Virus record (IMG/VR): IMGVR_UViG_3300034117_002447
Span: 124,001 to 188,000 of that record
Direction: 5' to 3' (one strand)
DNA length: 64,000 nucleotides
The position numbers were made by a program, and so were the translations under genes. A model generated the notes under the pieces. That model was not told the origin of the DNA and ran no database searches. It was given only the letters and a program-made list of their open reading frames with translations. Positions 26,321 to 36,107 of the stretch are shown here, in pieces (the first letter of the stretch is position 1; each line of letters begins with the position of its first letter).

Positions 26321-27487
26321 TTAGTTACTTAGTGGTGCTTTAATTGATGGGTGTGATTGATAATCGACTAATTCAAAATCATCAATTAACCAATGTTCTG
26401 GCGTGAATGATGGTTCGTTTTTAAAATGCAATTTGATATTGCACTTAGGTAACTCAAATGGTTCTCTTGTACGGTACGGAATTTTATAAGCATCGTAGTA
26501 CTCAGACATACCTCCACCGAATGGCATCAGTTCATTAACTGCTTTGTTATATAAACGCAAGCTCATAGCATCCTTTAACATGGTCTCCCTTTCTTCTGGT
26601 GTATACTTTCTACCAATTTGTTCCTTTGCTTGTTCAATGTGGTTCAAATATAAATGAGTATCTCCTAAGTTTCCAATCAATTCATCAGGAATCATATTAA
26701 CTTCTTTTGCAATGATTTCTAGAAGAAGTCCGTAACTTGCAATATTGAACGGAAGGCCTAAGAATGTATCTACTGAACGTTGATTCCACATAAGGGAGAT
26801 TGCTCTGGTTGGAACATTCCATTGATTGATTTCAGAATGGGATAAGGTATCCGGCCCACCTCCATTATAGATTTGATTAAACATTTCTTGACTGACTAAG
26901 GATCTTCTTTCTTCTAAACTTAATTCTCTTGTATAACATTGAAATCCATAATGACAAGGTGGAAGTGTCATTTGGTCTAATTCACCTACATTCCATGCAT
27001 TTACCATTAATCGTCTTGAGTCTGGATTTGTTTTAAGGTCGTTGATTAGGTTTTGGATTTGGTCTACTCCTCCATCAAATATAGCGCCCCAATTTCTCCA
27101 TTGTCTACCATAAATTGGACCTAATTCACCCCAGGTCTTTGCTCTTAACGAATCATTTTTTATTGTATCAATAAACTCCATTATTGATAATGTATGGTCT
27201 GCTGTACTTTTGTATTTCTTATAAGCATCACCATCCCAAATATGACAATTATTGTCAACCAAATACTTAATATTTGTATCACCACGCAAGAACCACAATA
27301 ATTCAGTTACAATTGTTTTGAATGGCATCTTCTTAGTTGTAAGTAAAGGAAACCCTTCACTCATTTTATGACGGATCTGTCTACCGAATACTGAAATTGT
27401 TCCAGTACCGGTTCGGTCACTCTTCTCCACTCCATAATCTAAAATCGATTGAAGAAGATCGGTGTATTGTTTATCGAGTCGGTTCAT
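26321..27487 (-). CDS. thyA: Thymidylate synthase
   Basis: DRTGTGT, FPLLTTKK, ELLWFL, LPPCH, QRSVDTFLGLPFN, DTHLY; two in-frame insertions. Confidence 0.97.
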   Translation of the reverse strand: MNRLDKQYTDLLQSILDYGVEKSDRTGTGTISVFGRQIRHKMSEGFPLLTTKKMPFKTIVTELLWFLRGDTNIKYLVDNNCHIWDGDAYKKYKSTADHTLSIMEFIDTIKNDSLRAKTWGELGPIYGRQWRNWGAIFDGGVDQIQNLINDLKTNPDSRRLMVNAWNVGELDQMTLPPCHYGFQCYTRELSLEERRSLVSQEMFNQIYNGGGPDTLSHSEINQWNVPTRAISLMWNQRSVDTFLGLPFNIASYGLLLEIIAKEVNMIPDELIGNLGDTHLYLNHIEQAKEQIGRKYTPEERETMLKDAMSLRLYNKAVNELMPFGGGMSEYYDAYKIPYRTREPFELPKCNIKLHFKNEPSFTPEHWLIDDFELVDYQSHPSIKAPLSN

Positions 27488-27620
27488 TGATAATTTCTCT
27501 TAATCTTTTAATTTCTGCAATTACATCATCGCCTAATTCAATTTTAGACATTATTGTTAGGTCTGCAACTTGGTCCATCAATACCTCGATTAGTGCATCC
27601 TTTGCTTGATCTGGTGTCAT
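27471..27620 (-). CDS. Small hypothetical protein (49 aa, not in ORF track)
   Basis: MTPDQAKDALIEVLMDQVADL...; overlaps thyA start. Confidence 0.6.
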   Translation of the reverse strand: MTPDQAKDALIEVLMDQVADLTIMSKIELGDDVIAEIKRLREIINEPTR

Positions 27621-27640
27621 ACTTTTTCTATTTTTTAGGT

Positions 27641-27874
27641 TTATAATAAATCGTCCAATCCATTGGACTCTTGGTTTAATTCTTCAATTCGAGTATCTAC
27701 GTAACTCTTTAATTCGCTAGCCGCTTTTAAGTAAGCCTCTCTAAGTTCATGGAATTTAGGATCCTTTACCTCTTCGAAACTTGAATAGTGCTCAAAGCAA
27801 TAGTGCATACCTTCAGCTCTCATTCGGTAGCTAACGTTTTCAAATTGTTCTATTTGAGTATCTAAGTCTGCCAT
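27641..27874 (-). CDS. Hypothetical protein
   Basis: 77-aa ORF. Confidence 0.75.
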   Translation of the reverse strand: MADLDTQIEQFENVSYRMRAEGMHYCFEHYSSFEEVKDPKFHELREAYLKAASELKSYVDTRIEELNQESNGLDDLL

Positions 27875-27882
27875 AATTATAA

Positions 27883-28596
27883 TTATTTGTACCAGCCAGT
27901 AAAGCTGATTCTTTTATTTTTGCAACCTTGAGCAATTTCAGTAACGAAATGCGGAGCTCCACTAGCTGCATTTCCAAATACATTAAACATAACCAAGTTA
28001 TTAAATTTAGGAACCACTATTGCATCCGCGTTTTTCCAATCCCAATCCATTCTAACAAAAAGTCCACCGTTCCACGGTTTCCAATTTTTGGAAAGGTGAT
28101 ACACAAACGCAATTCGGCCATTTACTCCATCAGTATGAGGTCCATTGTAATGGCCTTCCTCATAGCAATTCATAAACGTGTAATTAGGATCAAGCGTAAT
28201 TCCAGAATATCCAGTAATGTACTCAAGAGCTTCAATGAATTCAGCTGATTTAAAAACTTCCAAGTTATAATGATGATCTTCTGTTCTTCTATACGTGTAG
28301 GAGAATTGGTTTTGATCATTTAATTCCCTAATGTATGCTAATCTTTCTGGAATGGAAGGATCTCCAGGCTTGCATCTATAAATTGGATAGGCTGCTGACA
28401 AGTTATATTGGTCTGGATAAATTGCCAAATCCCAATAATCAGCAGGCTTATTAAAGTAATATTGTTGAATTTGCTCAGCATCAGCATCCACCAAAAAATC
28501 CTCAAAAGAAATGAAGTTTTTTTCGATCCATTGCTGACGTATCTTTTCTACATTAAAAAGGTTTATTGCCATTGCTATAAGTTTATTTCTCGCCAA
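27883..28596 (-). CDS. 2OG-Fe(II) oxygenase (prolyl-4-hydroxylase-like)
   Basis: PHTD...AFVYHL...W...GG...PKFNNLVMF...PHFV...RISFTGW. Confidence 0.9.
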   Translation of the reverse strand: MARNKLIAMAINLFNVEKIRQQWIEKNFISFEDFLVDADAEQIQQYYFNKPADYWDLAIYPDQYNLSAAYPIYRCKPGDPSIPERLAYIRELNDQNQFSYTYRRTEDHHYNLEVFKSAEFIEALEYITGYSGITLDPNYTFMNCYEEGHYNGPHTDGVNGRIAFVYHLSKNWKPWNGGLFVRMDWDWKNADAIVVPKFNNLVMFNVFGNAASGAPHFVTEIAQGCKNKRISFTGWYK

Positions 28597-28934
28597 GGAG
28601 TTTCATTATTCCAAAATTCAAAAGTATCTCCGTCCTGTGGATTAACGTTTCTGGATTGAGGGCTAATCTCCTTCATTATCCGTTGAGCCGCGATTAACTC
28701 TTTTTGAAATTTAGAGTCCTTCCAGGCTGCATCTAATTTGGCAATTTCAGGATCCTCAAAATTATAGGTTAAACCTGCTTCTTCTACTATAATCCAATTA
28801 GCTGAATCAATTACAAACCACGTATTTCCCATTGTAATTCCATACAGGAATAGCGTACGAGACTCTTCAAGTTCCCTGTGTTGTTTTATTAGATGACTAA
28901 ATACCTCATTTCCGAGGTCGATAATATCTTTCAT
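28575..28934 (-). CDS. Hypothetical protein
   Basis: 119-aa ORF; TAGTATAAT box at 28941. Confidence 0.7.
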   Translation of the reverse strand: MKDIIDLGNEVFSHLIKQHRELEESRTLFLYGITMGNTWFVIDSANWIIVEEAGLTYNFEDPEIAKLDAAWKDSKFQKELIAAQRIMKEISPQSRNVNPQDGDTFEFWNNETPWREINL

Positions 28935-28946
28935 GCTACTATTATA

Positions 28947-29753
28947 CTATAATTGTAGACTTGGAACCCAATGAGTGGTTCTTCCGTCTAAGGTTTCTTC
29001 CCTAACCACCAGATTGCCCAATAGATCGGTCTTTTGTGCATACACTTCAAAGTCAAAGGTAAATCCACCTGACTCACCAGTTACCTGTCGATAATTTCGG
29101 ATACTGGCGCCGCCTTGTGTATAGGAAGATCGCATGATTAATTTTCCCCAATTCCATAATCCACAAATATCTTCCTGAGTTAGGTCGCTGACCAGTCGAT
29201 ATGGGGATATTCTGCACCGGTAAAGCATTTCACATTTGATATAGTTACCGACCCCGGCAAATAGCGACTGGTCCATTAAAGCTTCAGCTACAGTTTTCTT
29301 CTGAGCCTTAGGTAACTCAACTTTTCTAACAAAATCGTACATGCTTGAGGTCTGATCGTTTAGCATATCAAGCCCCAAGCCGGCCAGTTTTTTTGCAAGA
29401 TCTGAAGTTTGCATGAACTTTAGTGTACCGAATCTGCGTTGATCAACGAAATATAACGAAGTGCCATCATCGAAGCCTATACGGAAATGGCTGTGTGGTC
29501 TCAAGTCAGTTGACCAGAACCCGCTCATTCCCAGTGTTATCCAGAGGCAGGTCTCGTCACTTAATTCAAGCCAAATGAATTTGCCTTTAACTCCACCGCC
29601 CACTACTCTGGTGGGTAAACTGGGGCTAACGACTAGGTCCGGTGCTCTCTTTAGGAAGCGGCCGCCTAATACTTCAAATTGAGTAACCGTCTTTCCTTTG
29701 GAAAATTCGGCAATTCCTTCGTACACTCTTCTACATTCAGGTCCTTCTGGCAT
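28947..29753 (-). CDS. mutM: Fpg/Nei-family DNA glycosylase/AP lyase
   Basis: N-terminal MPEGPE, KGKF, LGMSG, DQRRFG, H2TH LMDQSLFAGVGNYIKCE, GRTTHWVP..Q. Confidence 0.93.
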   Translation of the reverse strand: MPEGPECRRVYEGIAEFSKGKTVTQFEVLGGRFLKRAPDLVVSPSLPTRVVGGGVKGKFIWLELSDETCLWITLGMSGFWSTDLRPHSHFRIGFDDGTSLYFVDQRRFGTLKFMQTSDLAKKLAGLGLDMLNDQTSSMYDFVRKVELPKAQKKTVAEALMDQSLFAGVGNYIKCEMLYRCRISPYRLVSDLTQEDICGLWNWGKLIMRSSYTQGGASIRNYRQVTGESGGFTFDFEVYAQKTDLLGNLVVREETLDGRTTHWVPSLQL

Positions 29754-29790
29754 GGATAAATAAATTTATTAAAATTATACCAAAAACATA

Positions 29791-30267
29791 ATGAAACGAT
29801 ACGTTGCACTATTTGAAAGTTTCGAAGAAAGCTTTGACGATTTTCACCAAAAAGCGGATATGAAGTCAGACCGATTCTATCACGAAACGGCTAGAGAATT
29901 AATTGAATTGGCGAATCAATACAGCTCAGCAGGCATTGATATTGACCCTTACTCTGAAAAATACGGCACTGCTACCCGATTAACAGACCTTGAGAATGAC
30001 TTAATTGTTATGATTAATGACGAAATGGGAGAGGCAATTGCTGAAGAATTCGCAGATGAAGCTGATACTCTATTGGCTCAGTATGCAGAAGGTTCTGATC
30101 TTAACGAAAAGAAGAAGACCAAGAAAATGAATGGCGATAAAGTATTCAAGAAGGACAAAGAGGTAAAGGATAATAAAATTATGCAAGCCAATCCTGTAAA
30201 ATCTAGTTTTGAGTCTCCTGGTAAAAGGTTATCGATGAGATCTAATCAAGCAGCTGCTAAACAGTAA
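29791..30267 (+). CDS. Late protein, capsid-targeting-like N-terminus, basic C-terminal tail
   Basis: MKRYVALFESFEES; late box at 29756. Confidence 0.8.
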   Translation: MKRYVALFESFEESFDDFHQKADMKSDRFYHETARELIELANQYSSAGIDIDPYSEKYGTATRLTDLENDLIVMINDEMGEAIAEEFADEADTLLAQYAEGSDLNEKKKTKKMNGDKVFKKDKEVKDNKIMQANPVKSSFESPGKRLSMRSNQAAAKQ

Positions 30268-30312
30268 ACCTAATCCAGATTCTCAGTATAACACTCTATA
30301 AATTTATAAATT

Positions 30313-30510
30313 ATGTATTACTTAGCAAAATTAAGATTCGAGTCGGAAGACGACAACGGCAAAACAAAAAAGATTCGTGAACAGTACTTAGTTGAGGCAA
30401 GCTCAGTAGGAGAAGCTGAACAGAAATTACTTGACAGATTTGGAGAAGGAATTTCCCCATGTCAGTTAGAGGCAGTTCAGGAATCAAGAATATTGGGACT
30501 TATTGAATAA
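30313..30510 (+). CDS. DUF4494-like protein
   Basis: YLAKLRFE...NGKTKKIREQYLVEASSVGEAE. Confidence 0.75.
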   Translation: MYYLAKLRFESEDDNGKTKKIREQYLVEASSVGEAEQKLLDRFGEGISPCQLEAVQESRILGLIE

Positions 30511-30529
30511 GTTTACAGATATTAAAAAG

Positions 30530-30557
30530 AAAAAAGGGAGCACTTGCTCCCTTTTTT
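30530..30557. terminator. Bidirectional intrinsic terminator
   Basis: aaaaagggagca-ct-tgctccctttttt. Confidence 0.8.
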
Positions 30558-30813
30558 ATTGTGGTTTAGTTTGTAACAAGTCAACTATTTTTGCCTGATC
30601 TTCTGGCGTTACCAGGATATTATCAAAGTGTCCATACCTGGACCGGTAGCCAAATGCATACCTTAAGCCTGCCCATAATCTCCGAAAGAAGCCTGGAGTT
30701 GGACATAGGTGGACCTCCAACCAAACCTCTTGATCAGTGGTGTCCTTGATTAGGATAAACTGGTGTTCTGGACAGTGACAGTCACAAATAACTACGTGTT
30801 TTTCTAAATTCAT
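30556..30813 (-). CDS. Hypothetical protein
   Basis: CDCHCPEHQ...EVHL...FFRRLWAGLRYAFG. Confidence 0.75.
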   Translation of the reverse strand: MNLEKHVVICDCHCPEHQFILIKDTTDQEVWLEVHLCPTPGFFRRLWAGLRYAFGYRSRYGHFDNILVTPEDQAKIVDLLQTKPQ

Positions 30814-31097
30814 CTCTTTACTTTTATTTTTTGAATTATTGCCATTTTACCGACTGGCGACCATCTGGCCTCCTCCTCGTATTGAAATTTCCCAGTATCC
30901 CAAAGAAATACTTGACCGTTTCGGTTCATTACAGTTAGGGCTGCACGCTCTGGCAGATTTGGGAATGAGATGCCCTGCTCAAATAGTGCAAGTTTATAGG
31001 CTGACCGGAATGTGCTTGAAACTCCGCTATGTACTTCAGTTTCACCAACTCTTAGTGTTACTAAACAGACATCATTAGCTCTTAACGGACTCGCCAT
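30810..31097 (-). CDS. Hypothetical protein
   Basis: 95-aa ORF coupled to neighbours. Confidence 0.6.
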   Translation of the reverse strand: MASPLRANDVCLVTLRVGETEVHSGVSSTFRSAYKLALFEQGISFPNLPERAALTVMNRNGQVFLWDTGKFQYEEEARWSPVGKMAIIQKIKVKR

Positions 31098-31314
31098 TGA
31101 AATAGGTTGGAAATTTTTTACGCAAGCTCTGCATCACAGTTGCATCATCTTTACCTAAGGTCACCTCTTCATAGATGTGATCTAGTATATCTATGCTGAC
31201 TGGATTTCCGATCACTGCATCTATTTTTCTGGAGATAAAAGCCTTTGGCCCTTTCTTCTTTACTAGATCAGCAACCACTTCTGGTTCTGGAATAAAATAT
31301 TTATTAAAGCTCAT
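31075..31314 (-). CDS. Hypothetical protein
   Basis: 79-aa ORF; TAGTATAAT box at 31321. Confidence 0.7.
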   Translation of the reverse strand: MSFNKYFIPEPEVVADLVKKKGPKAFISRKIDAVIGNPVSIDILDHIYEEVTLGKDDATVMQSLRKKFPTYFNGESVKS

Positions 31315-31405
31315 GCTATTATTATACTACAGTAGAGAATAAAAGGTTACATCGAAGACTTGCTAAACTTTCGCAAATAAATAAATTCAAATAATTTTAT
31401 ACACT

Positions 31406-32548
31406 ATGACACCAAATCCAGTATGTTATAATCGCCTTAGCCAATCACCGGCAGCGATTCATATAGGAACCGTTTCTTTGGGACTTACTCCTAAGGATTA
31501 CCGAGCGGACACTGCTCGAAAATGGAGAGCGGGTATTTCTCCAAACACAAATATAGTTCTGTATTCAGATACTTTTAGTAGAGGAATAGACACCGAAGAT
31601 AATGCAGTACCGCGTATCTGGTGGATCGATGGAACTGGAACCTACACTGACAAAATCGCCGAATTAGTAAGTAGACTACCTGACCGAAGTGCAAATAATT
31701 ATGCACTGATGAGTTACACAGAGACACTTGCCTGGTTAAAGGCCAGCGGCAAATATGCACTAATTAACTGTGATTACCCAGAATATACGTTCGCAGAGTC
31801 ACTGACTGGTTGTCAAACGGTTGCGAATATTGAATCAGGTTACTTGGGAAGCTATTACGGCGGAGGAGACACTGAAATGTTTAACTTAGCAAATCCCACA
31901 ACATCCGTTGGATTTGGAACACACGCTCCAGCTGCATTCAAAGTTAAAGATTTTAATTTAATTAGCGCGACTGGAGTCACCCCAAATGGTAACGGCCTTG
32001 GCTCGGAGGGCGGATTTGTATTAGGAGGAGCAGGCGGTCTTGTACAGACCACAGCAACGGCTGCAAGCGTTTACTCGAATGGCTTTGTATTTGAGGGAGT
32101 ATTTGGAGAACTTGTACCTGACAAAACACTTTTTGAATTATATGACACTGTCGCAAATAAAGCAATTTACCAAGTTCGAACAGCTGATTCAGGTATTCAG
32201 GTGTTGAATATCAGTGGATCGATTTGTTATCAAGTCGACTATGACTTGGCTCTAACTCAACCGTCCACGTACATTACCTTCGCTCATAAAGCTGGAGAAA
32301 CTCCGATCATTCGAGCGAACGGCGGAGAGAGCCGCAATTTATCAGTAATTACGCCTATTACCTGGACAAACACTACTAAATGGGTAGTTGGATCACATTT
32401 AAATGCTGGAACATATAGTGAGCAAGTACAGACCGTTAAGTCTTTTAAAATACACTTAGCTAATGATTCAGCTGCTGGCCATAGGGATTTACAGCAACTT
32501 TTACATTCCGCTAATTATCCAATTGTAAGTAGTCTGTATACAGTTTAA
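31406..32548 (+). CDS. Putative virion fibre/structural protein
   Basis: Late box at 31377; N-terminal about 120 aa resembles ORF 62761; beta-rich G/T/S C-terminus. Confidence 0.6.
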   Translation: MTPNPVCYNRLSQSPAAIHIGTVSLGLTPKDYRADTARKWRAGISPNTNIVLYSDTFSRGIDTEDNAVPRIWWIDGTGTYTDKIAELVSRLPDRSANNYALMSYTETLAWLKASGKYALINCDYPEYTFAESLTGCQTVANIESGYLGSYYGGGDTEMFNLANPTTSVGFGTHAPAAFKVKDFNLISATGVTPNGNGLGSEGGFVLGGAGGLVQTTATAASVYSNGFVFEGVFGELVPDKTLFELYDTVANKAIYQVRTADSGIQVLNISGSICYQVDYDLALTQPSTYITFAHKAGETPIIRANGGESRNLSVITPITWTNTTKWVVGSHLNAGTYSEQVQTVKSFKIHLANDSAAGHRDLQQLLHSANYPIVSSLYTV

Positions 32549-32566
32549 TCGGTTAATATAACTAAC

Positions 32567-32595
32567 AAAAAAGGACTCTTAAAGAGTCCTTTTTT
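32567..32595. terminator. Bidirectional intrinsic terminator
   Basis: aaaaaaggactc-ttaaa-gagtcctttttt. Confidence 0.85.
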
Positions 32596-32836
32596 GTTTA
32601 ACAAGTTTTTTATATCGCCAACGAAAGTAGAAAGAGCAGCCAAAGAATAGTGCCGCTATGCAGTACAAAACGAAGTTGGCTCTCCATAAACTGCCAGTTA
32701 CCTGCATTAGCCAATACTGTACGATATCGAAACCGAACGGATTGAAGAACAGTGCGATCATCATGCACCATGTTGCCAGGTTGGCCATTAAGGTTTGTCT
32801 CCAAGTTTTGACTCTCACTGTCCATAGGGTTATCAT
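32579..32836 (-). CDS. Small membrane protein
   Basis: MIALFFNPFGFDIVQYWL...FVLYCIAALFFGCSFYF; two hydrophobic segments. Confidence 0.65.
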   Translation of the reverse strand: MITLWTVRVKTWRQTLMANLATWCMMIALFFNPFGFDIVQYWLMQVTGSLWRANFVLYCIAALFFGCSFYFRWRYKKLVKQKRTL

Positions 32837-32894
32837 TTTTCAAAGAGTCAGTGATTGACTCTAGGAAATTAAAAGTAAATTTCAAGATTATTTA

Positions 32895-33155
32895 TTACCA
32901 CTTAGGTTGCTCGCCTATTTGATCTAGCGCGCAGTGAAATCCTACCAGTCGAGTCTTTGCTTCAAGAAAACAGCCGCATATTCCACATTGGGATAGGGTC
33001 TCTCCAAAATGAGGACACTGTTTGCAAATGGACATTCGGTGATTCTTTAGATCTTCACTAACAAACACTTTATCGATGATTCGGCTAAGTACCGTAGGTT
33101 TTGGAGTTGCTGGCGTTGAACCGCATCCGCAGTCTTCAGTAGTTTGATCAGTCAT
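32895..33155 (-). CDS. Cys-rich protein (DUF6171-like)
   Basis: RMSICKQCPHF...QCGICGCFLEAKT...C...KW. Confidence 0.75.
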   Translation of the reverse strand: MTDQTTEDCGCGSTPATPKPTVLSRIIDKVFVSEDLKNHRMSICKQCPHFGETLSQCGICGCFLEAKTRLVGFHCALDQIGEQPKW

Positions 33156-34130
33156 TTAGTCTGCTATTTTTTCAAAGTATCTTTTATCATCGAACTCCAA
33201 GTAGTTTTCAAGAAGACTCACAGAAGAGTCACGATACTTAAGTACGGCTAGGTCTTTTGCCTTGGCCTCTATCTCAATATCGAAACTGCGATTATAAGTA
33301 TTTATCTGTTCGTAAACGTAATCAGCATGGGATCTGGCAATAACTGACGGATCTTCAAATGTTTTTTTACTACTAGAGTAATGAGTGAGCGGAGTCACGC
33401 GTCCCCAGGTAGTGGCAGCTAGGGCGAGTGCAGCTTCCTCAGTAAGATCGCTGGTGTTAAAACGGTGATGATGGAAATCAAATGTAATTGGCGTGCCAAT
33501 ATTCGTATAGACTAATTGAAAAAGATCGAGTACCGAGTACTGTGTAGCCTTATCGTCGTTTTCGACAACAAGCCTGGCCTTAGTATTTTCGTGGAGACGT
33601 TGAAAATTCTGACAGAATCGTTGAGCAGCGGACTCCTTATCGCCATAGGTCCCACCGACATGAATGTTAATTGGATAATTATGGTCAATTGGCAAGCCCA
33701 TTAAGGTCATAATTTGCGCATGCTGGTCCAGATCCTTGACTGTTTTTGTGACAACCGCTGGATTGGGAGATGGCAGAACATCGAACTGGCCTGGATGCAT
33801 TGAGATTCGCATGCCGTTTGCAATTACAAACTTGCCGATTGCCTGCATGTCTGGCAAGATTTCCATAAAGTTTGGAAGCTGAGTAATTTCGTACTCTGAC
33901 ATCCATGGAAAAATATCGCTTGACATTCGATATACGTAAATGCCATTAGCTAAATTCCATTGTAGAATTTTTAGAACATCTTTTATATTTTGATGCGCAA
34001 GCTCAGCACAATATGAAACGCCCTTTTCTTGAAAGGTTTTACGGATCATACCTCGATTGGCTGTAATTTTTTGGTCGGCTAGAGACAAGTTAATGCAACA
34101 GTAACCCAAACGGACGTTAGTATCTTTCAT
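33156..34130 (-). CDS. uvsE: UV damage endonuclease (UvdE)
   Basis: LGYCCIN, YRMSSDIFP, RISMHPGQF, NIHVGG, LVVENDD, FDFHHH, HYSS, HAD, EAKAKD. Confidence 0.95.
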   Translation of the reverse strand: MKDTNVRLGYCCINLSLADQKITANRGMIRKTFQEKGVSYCAELAHQNIKDVLKILQWNLANGIYVYRMSSDIFPWMSEYEITQLPNFMEILPDMQAIGKFVIANGMRISMHPGQFDVLPSPNPAVVTKTVKDLDQHAQIMTLMGLPIDHNYPINIHVGGTYGDKESAAQRFCQNFQRLHENTKARLVVENDDKATQYSVLDLFQLVYTNIGTPITFDFHHHRFNTSDLTEEAALALAATTWGRVTPLTHYSSSKKTFEDPSVIARSHADYVYEQINTYNRSFDIEIEAKAKDLAVLKYRDSSVSLLENYLEFDDKRYFEKIAD

Positions 34131-34142
34131 GTAGTTATTATA

Positions 34143-34415
34143 CTACAAAATTGTATTGGCTAGTTGAACCGATAACCAAATTCCTAAATATGACCCGGCT
34201 ACTGAGCCAGTAACATAACCAAACCATTGGTGTAGTGAATCTTCGCTCTTTGCAATTTTTCGGATTACGAAAAAATTTAGTGAAGCTATTGTAAAATCAC
34301 TAACTGCTGCTAAGTGATATTGAGTTTCAGCAACTGCTCTAAAATTTATGCATAAAATTCCATACAGTACAAGCTGAATTGCAAATAATAATAAACATTC
34401 TTTTAATTTTGTCAT
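34143..34415 (-). CDS. Small multi-TM membrane protein
   Basis: Three hydrophobic segments; GSVAGSYLGIWL. Confidence 0.75.
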   Translation of the reverse strand: MTKLKECLLLFAIQLVLYGILCINFRAVAETQYHLAAVSDFTIASLNFFVIRKIAKSEDSLHQWFGYVTGSVAGSYLGIWLSVQLANTIL

Positions 34416-34421
34416 AGACAA

Positions 34422-35012
34422 TTAGTTATATAAAAAGTTACGAATTAATAGTTTAATATTTTTGAATATTAAAGATTTCCTAGAATTAAGAGATTTGGTA
34501 AAAGAAACTGACCAGTTTGAAGCATTATTTGCCTCAATTGACTTACTGTCAAATTTGTAACCAATCATAAAGCCTACATCAAATAACGATTCCACTAATT
34601 GTATAATTTGATTCACTAAGTCTGAGTCAGTTTTTTGCGAATCAAAGTCAGCAGCGGATGGAGCCAGTAATTTAAGTGCTGATTTTTTAAGTGTACCAAT
34701 TGACTTTAATTGATTTTGTATTTCCATATAAATGAAAGTATATGCCTCAATTACCAGTTTATCAGCAGTTCCTGGCGAATTTAATAGAGCAGCTTGGACC
34801 ATTGCTGGAGTTTTACCAACTAGCCAGGTACTAAATTTATCAATTACCTGGTATACGTTAACAATCTTATTTGCTTTATCTAACTCAGTTTTATAAGTAC
34901 TTTTAAATTCAGAAATACTCTTAAGTTGATTAGCTGTACACTCATTAATTGAACTAGTTAAAATAGCTGGACTAAGTGCTTCATTTGTAAAAGTTTTAAA
35001 GGTCTTAATCAT
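34422..35012 (-). CDS. Hypothetical protein, capsid-targeting-like N-terminus
   Basis: MIKTFKTFTNEA; ATAGATAA variant box upstream. Confidence 0.75.
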   Translation of the reverse strand: MIKTFKTFTNEALSPAILTSSINECTANQLKSISEFKSTYKTELDKANKIVNVYQVIDKFSTWLVGKTPAMVQAALLNSPGTADKLVIEAYTFIYMEIQNQLKSIGTLKKSALKLLAPSAADFDSQKTDSDLVNQIIQLVESLFDVGFMIGYKFDSKSIEANNASNWSVSFTKSLNSRKSLIFKNIKLLIRNFLYN

Positions 35013-35048
35013 AACACGTAATATTTTTATAATGTTATCTATTTCAGC

Positions 35049-35675
35049 CTAATTAATATTAACAAAGTTATAATTACTAGTTACAGTTCGGATGACTCTA
35101 ACTACATCTAATGCATCTTGCAGAGCATCATGGGTTACTTCTCCAGATAATTGGCATCGATCCATGCACGTCTGTAAATTAGGTAAGCTCTCGTCAGTTT
35201 TCCAATTCATTAACAGAATGGCTGGATCCAAGATTCTCTGTCTAATCTGCACGTTTGAACTCCAGTTTGGAAGTTTCTGCAGAAATACTTTGTCAAAACT
35301 TGCAAAGTTCTTACCTGCTGCATTAATTTTTACGCAACCAGTCGCCTCAGCTGGGATACCATTTGAAGCTAGCCACATTTGAAATGAGTGGGCTACTAGT
35401 CCAACCGGTAAAATGTTATGATACTTTCGGTATGCGAGACGTTCGTCCTTTGTTAGATTCTCTAAACCGCCAAGAATTTTTAGAATCCAAGAGTTTAGAG
35501 ATAGGGCAAATGGACTTCCTACATACGTAGTGTGTTCCACAATACACTGAAATTTAGGTAGTTCTTCCAATGAGGCTGGATTTAGGGTGTCCTCAATGAC
35601 AGCTCCAATCTGTAAAATTTGACAGGTCTCTGGATCAAGACCCGTCGTTTCAATATCAATCGATACGTATTTCAT
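35049..35675 (-). CDS. DEDDh 3'-5' exonuclease
   Basis: SIDIETTGLD, GKNFASFD, HDALQDA. Confidence 0.9.
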   Translation of the reverse strand: MKYVSIDIETTGLDPETCQILQIGAVIEDTLNPASLEELPKFQCIVEHTTYVGSPFALSLNSWILKILGGLENLTKDERLAYRKYHNILPVGLVAHSFQMWLASNGIPAEATGCVKINAAGKNFASFDKVFLQKLPNWSSNVQIRQRILDPAILLMNWKTDESLPNLQTCMDRCQLSGEVTHDALQDALDVVRVIRTVTSNYNFVNIN

Positions 35676-35677
35676 AA

Positions 35678-36106
35678 TTAAAAGTCGAATGGTAAATCGT
35701 CATCAGTCAAAGTAGACTGAGTCGATGTTGATTTTTTTGGTGCAGAGGTCTCAATTCCAAGGCTACGGAAGATTTCGTCATCGTCCTCATCATTAAAATC
35801 AGAAGCAGGTTTACTTACGTTAGCTCTCTGCTGTCCGTTGATTCGGTAAGCCTCAAGGCTATTAAAGTATTTTGTCTGACCTGACTTGTCTGTCCAGTCT
35901 CGGCCTTTTACATCAAACGCAACTGAGACAGTATCTCCGATTCCATAAGAATCAATCATGTCACATTTGTCCTGTACAAGTCCAAATACAATTTTTTGCG
36001 GGTACTTATCTCCCGATTCAATTACAAATTCTCTCTTACGAAAGCCTTTATTGAAAGTCTGTGCTGGGAAAATCTCAATGATTATTCCGTTTAGTTCAAA
36101 TGCCAT
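35678..36106 (-). CDS. DUF3127 OB-fold protein, probable single-stranded DNA-binding protein
   Basis: FRKREFVIE..DKYPQKIVF..VQDKC...GREW-like GRDW..YFNSLEAYRI; acidic tail DDDLPFDF. Confidence 0.85.
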   Translation of the reverse strand: MAFELNGIIIEIFPAQTFNKGFRKREFVIESGDKYPQKIVFGLVQDKCDMIDSYGIGDTVSVAFDVKGRDWTDKSGQTKYFNSLEAYRINGQQRANVSKPASDFNDEDDDEIFRSLGIETSAPKKSTSTQSTLTDDDLPFDF

Positions 36107-36107
36107 A

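Noticed and set aside
27883-28596. TET/JBP base-modifying dioxygenase
   Set aside because: The motif pattern fits prolyl-hydroxylase-type 2OG oxygenases common in aquatic phages, and it is not linked to the glycosyltransferase operon
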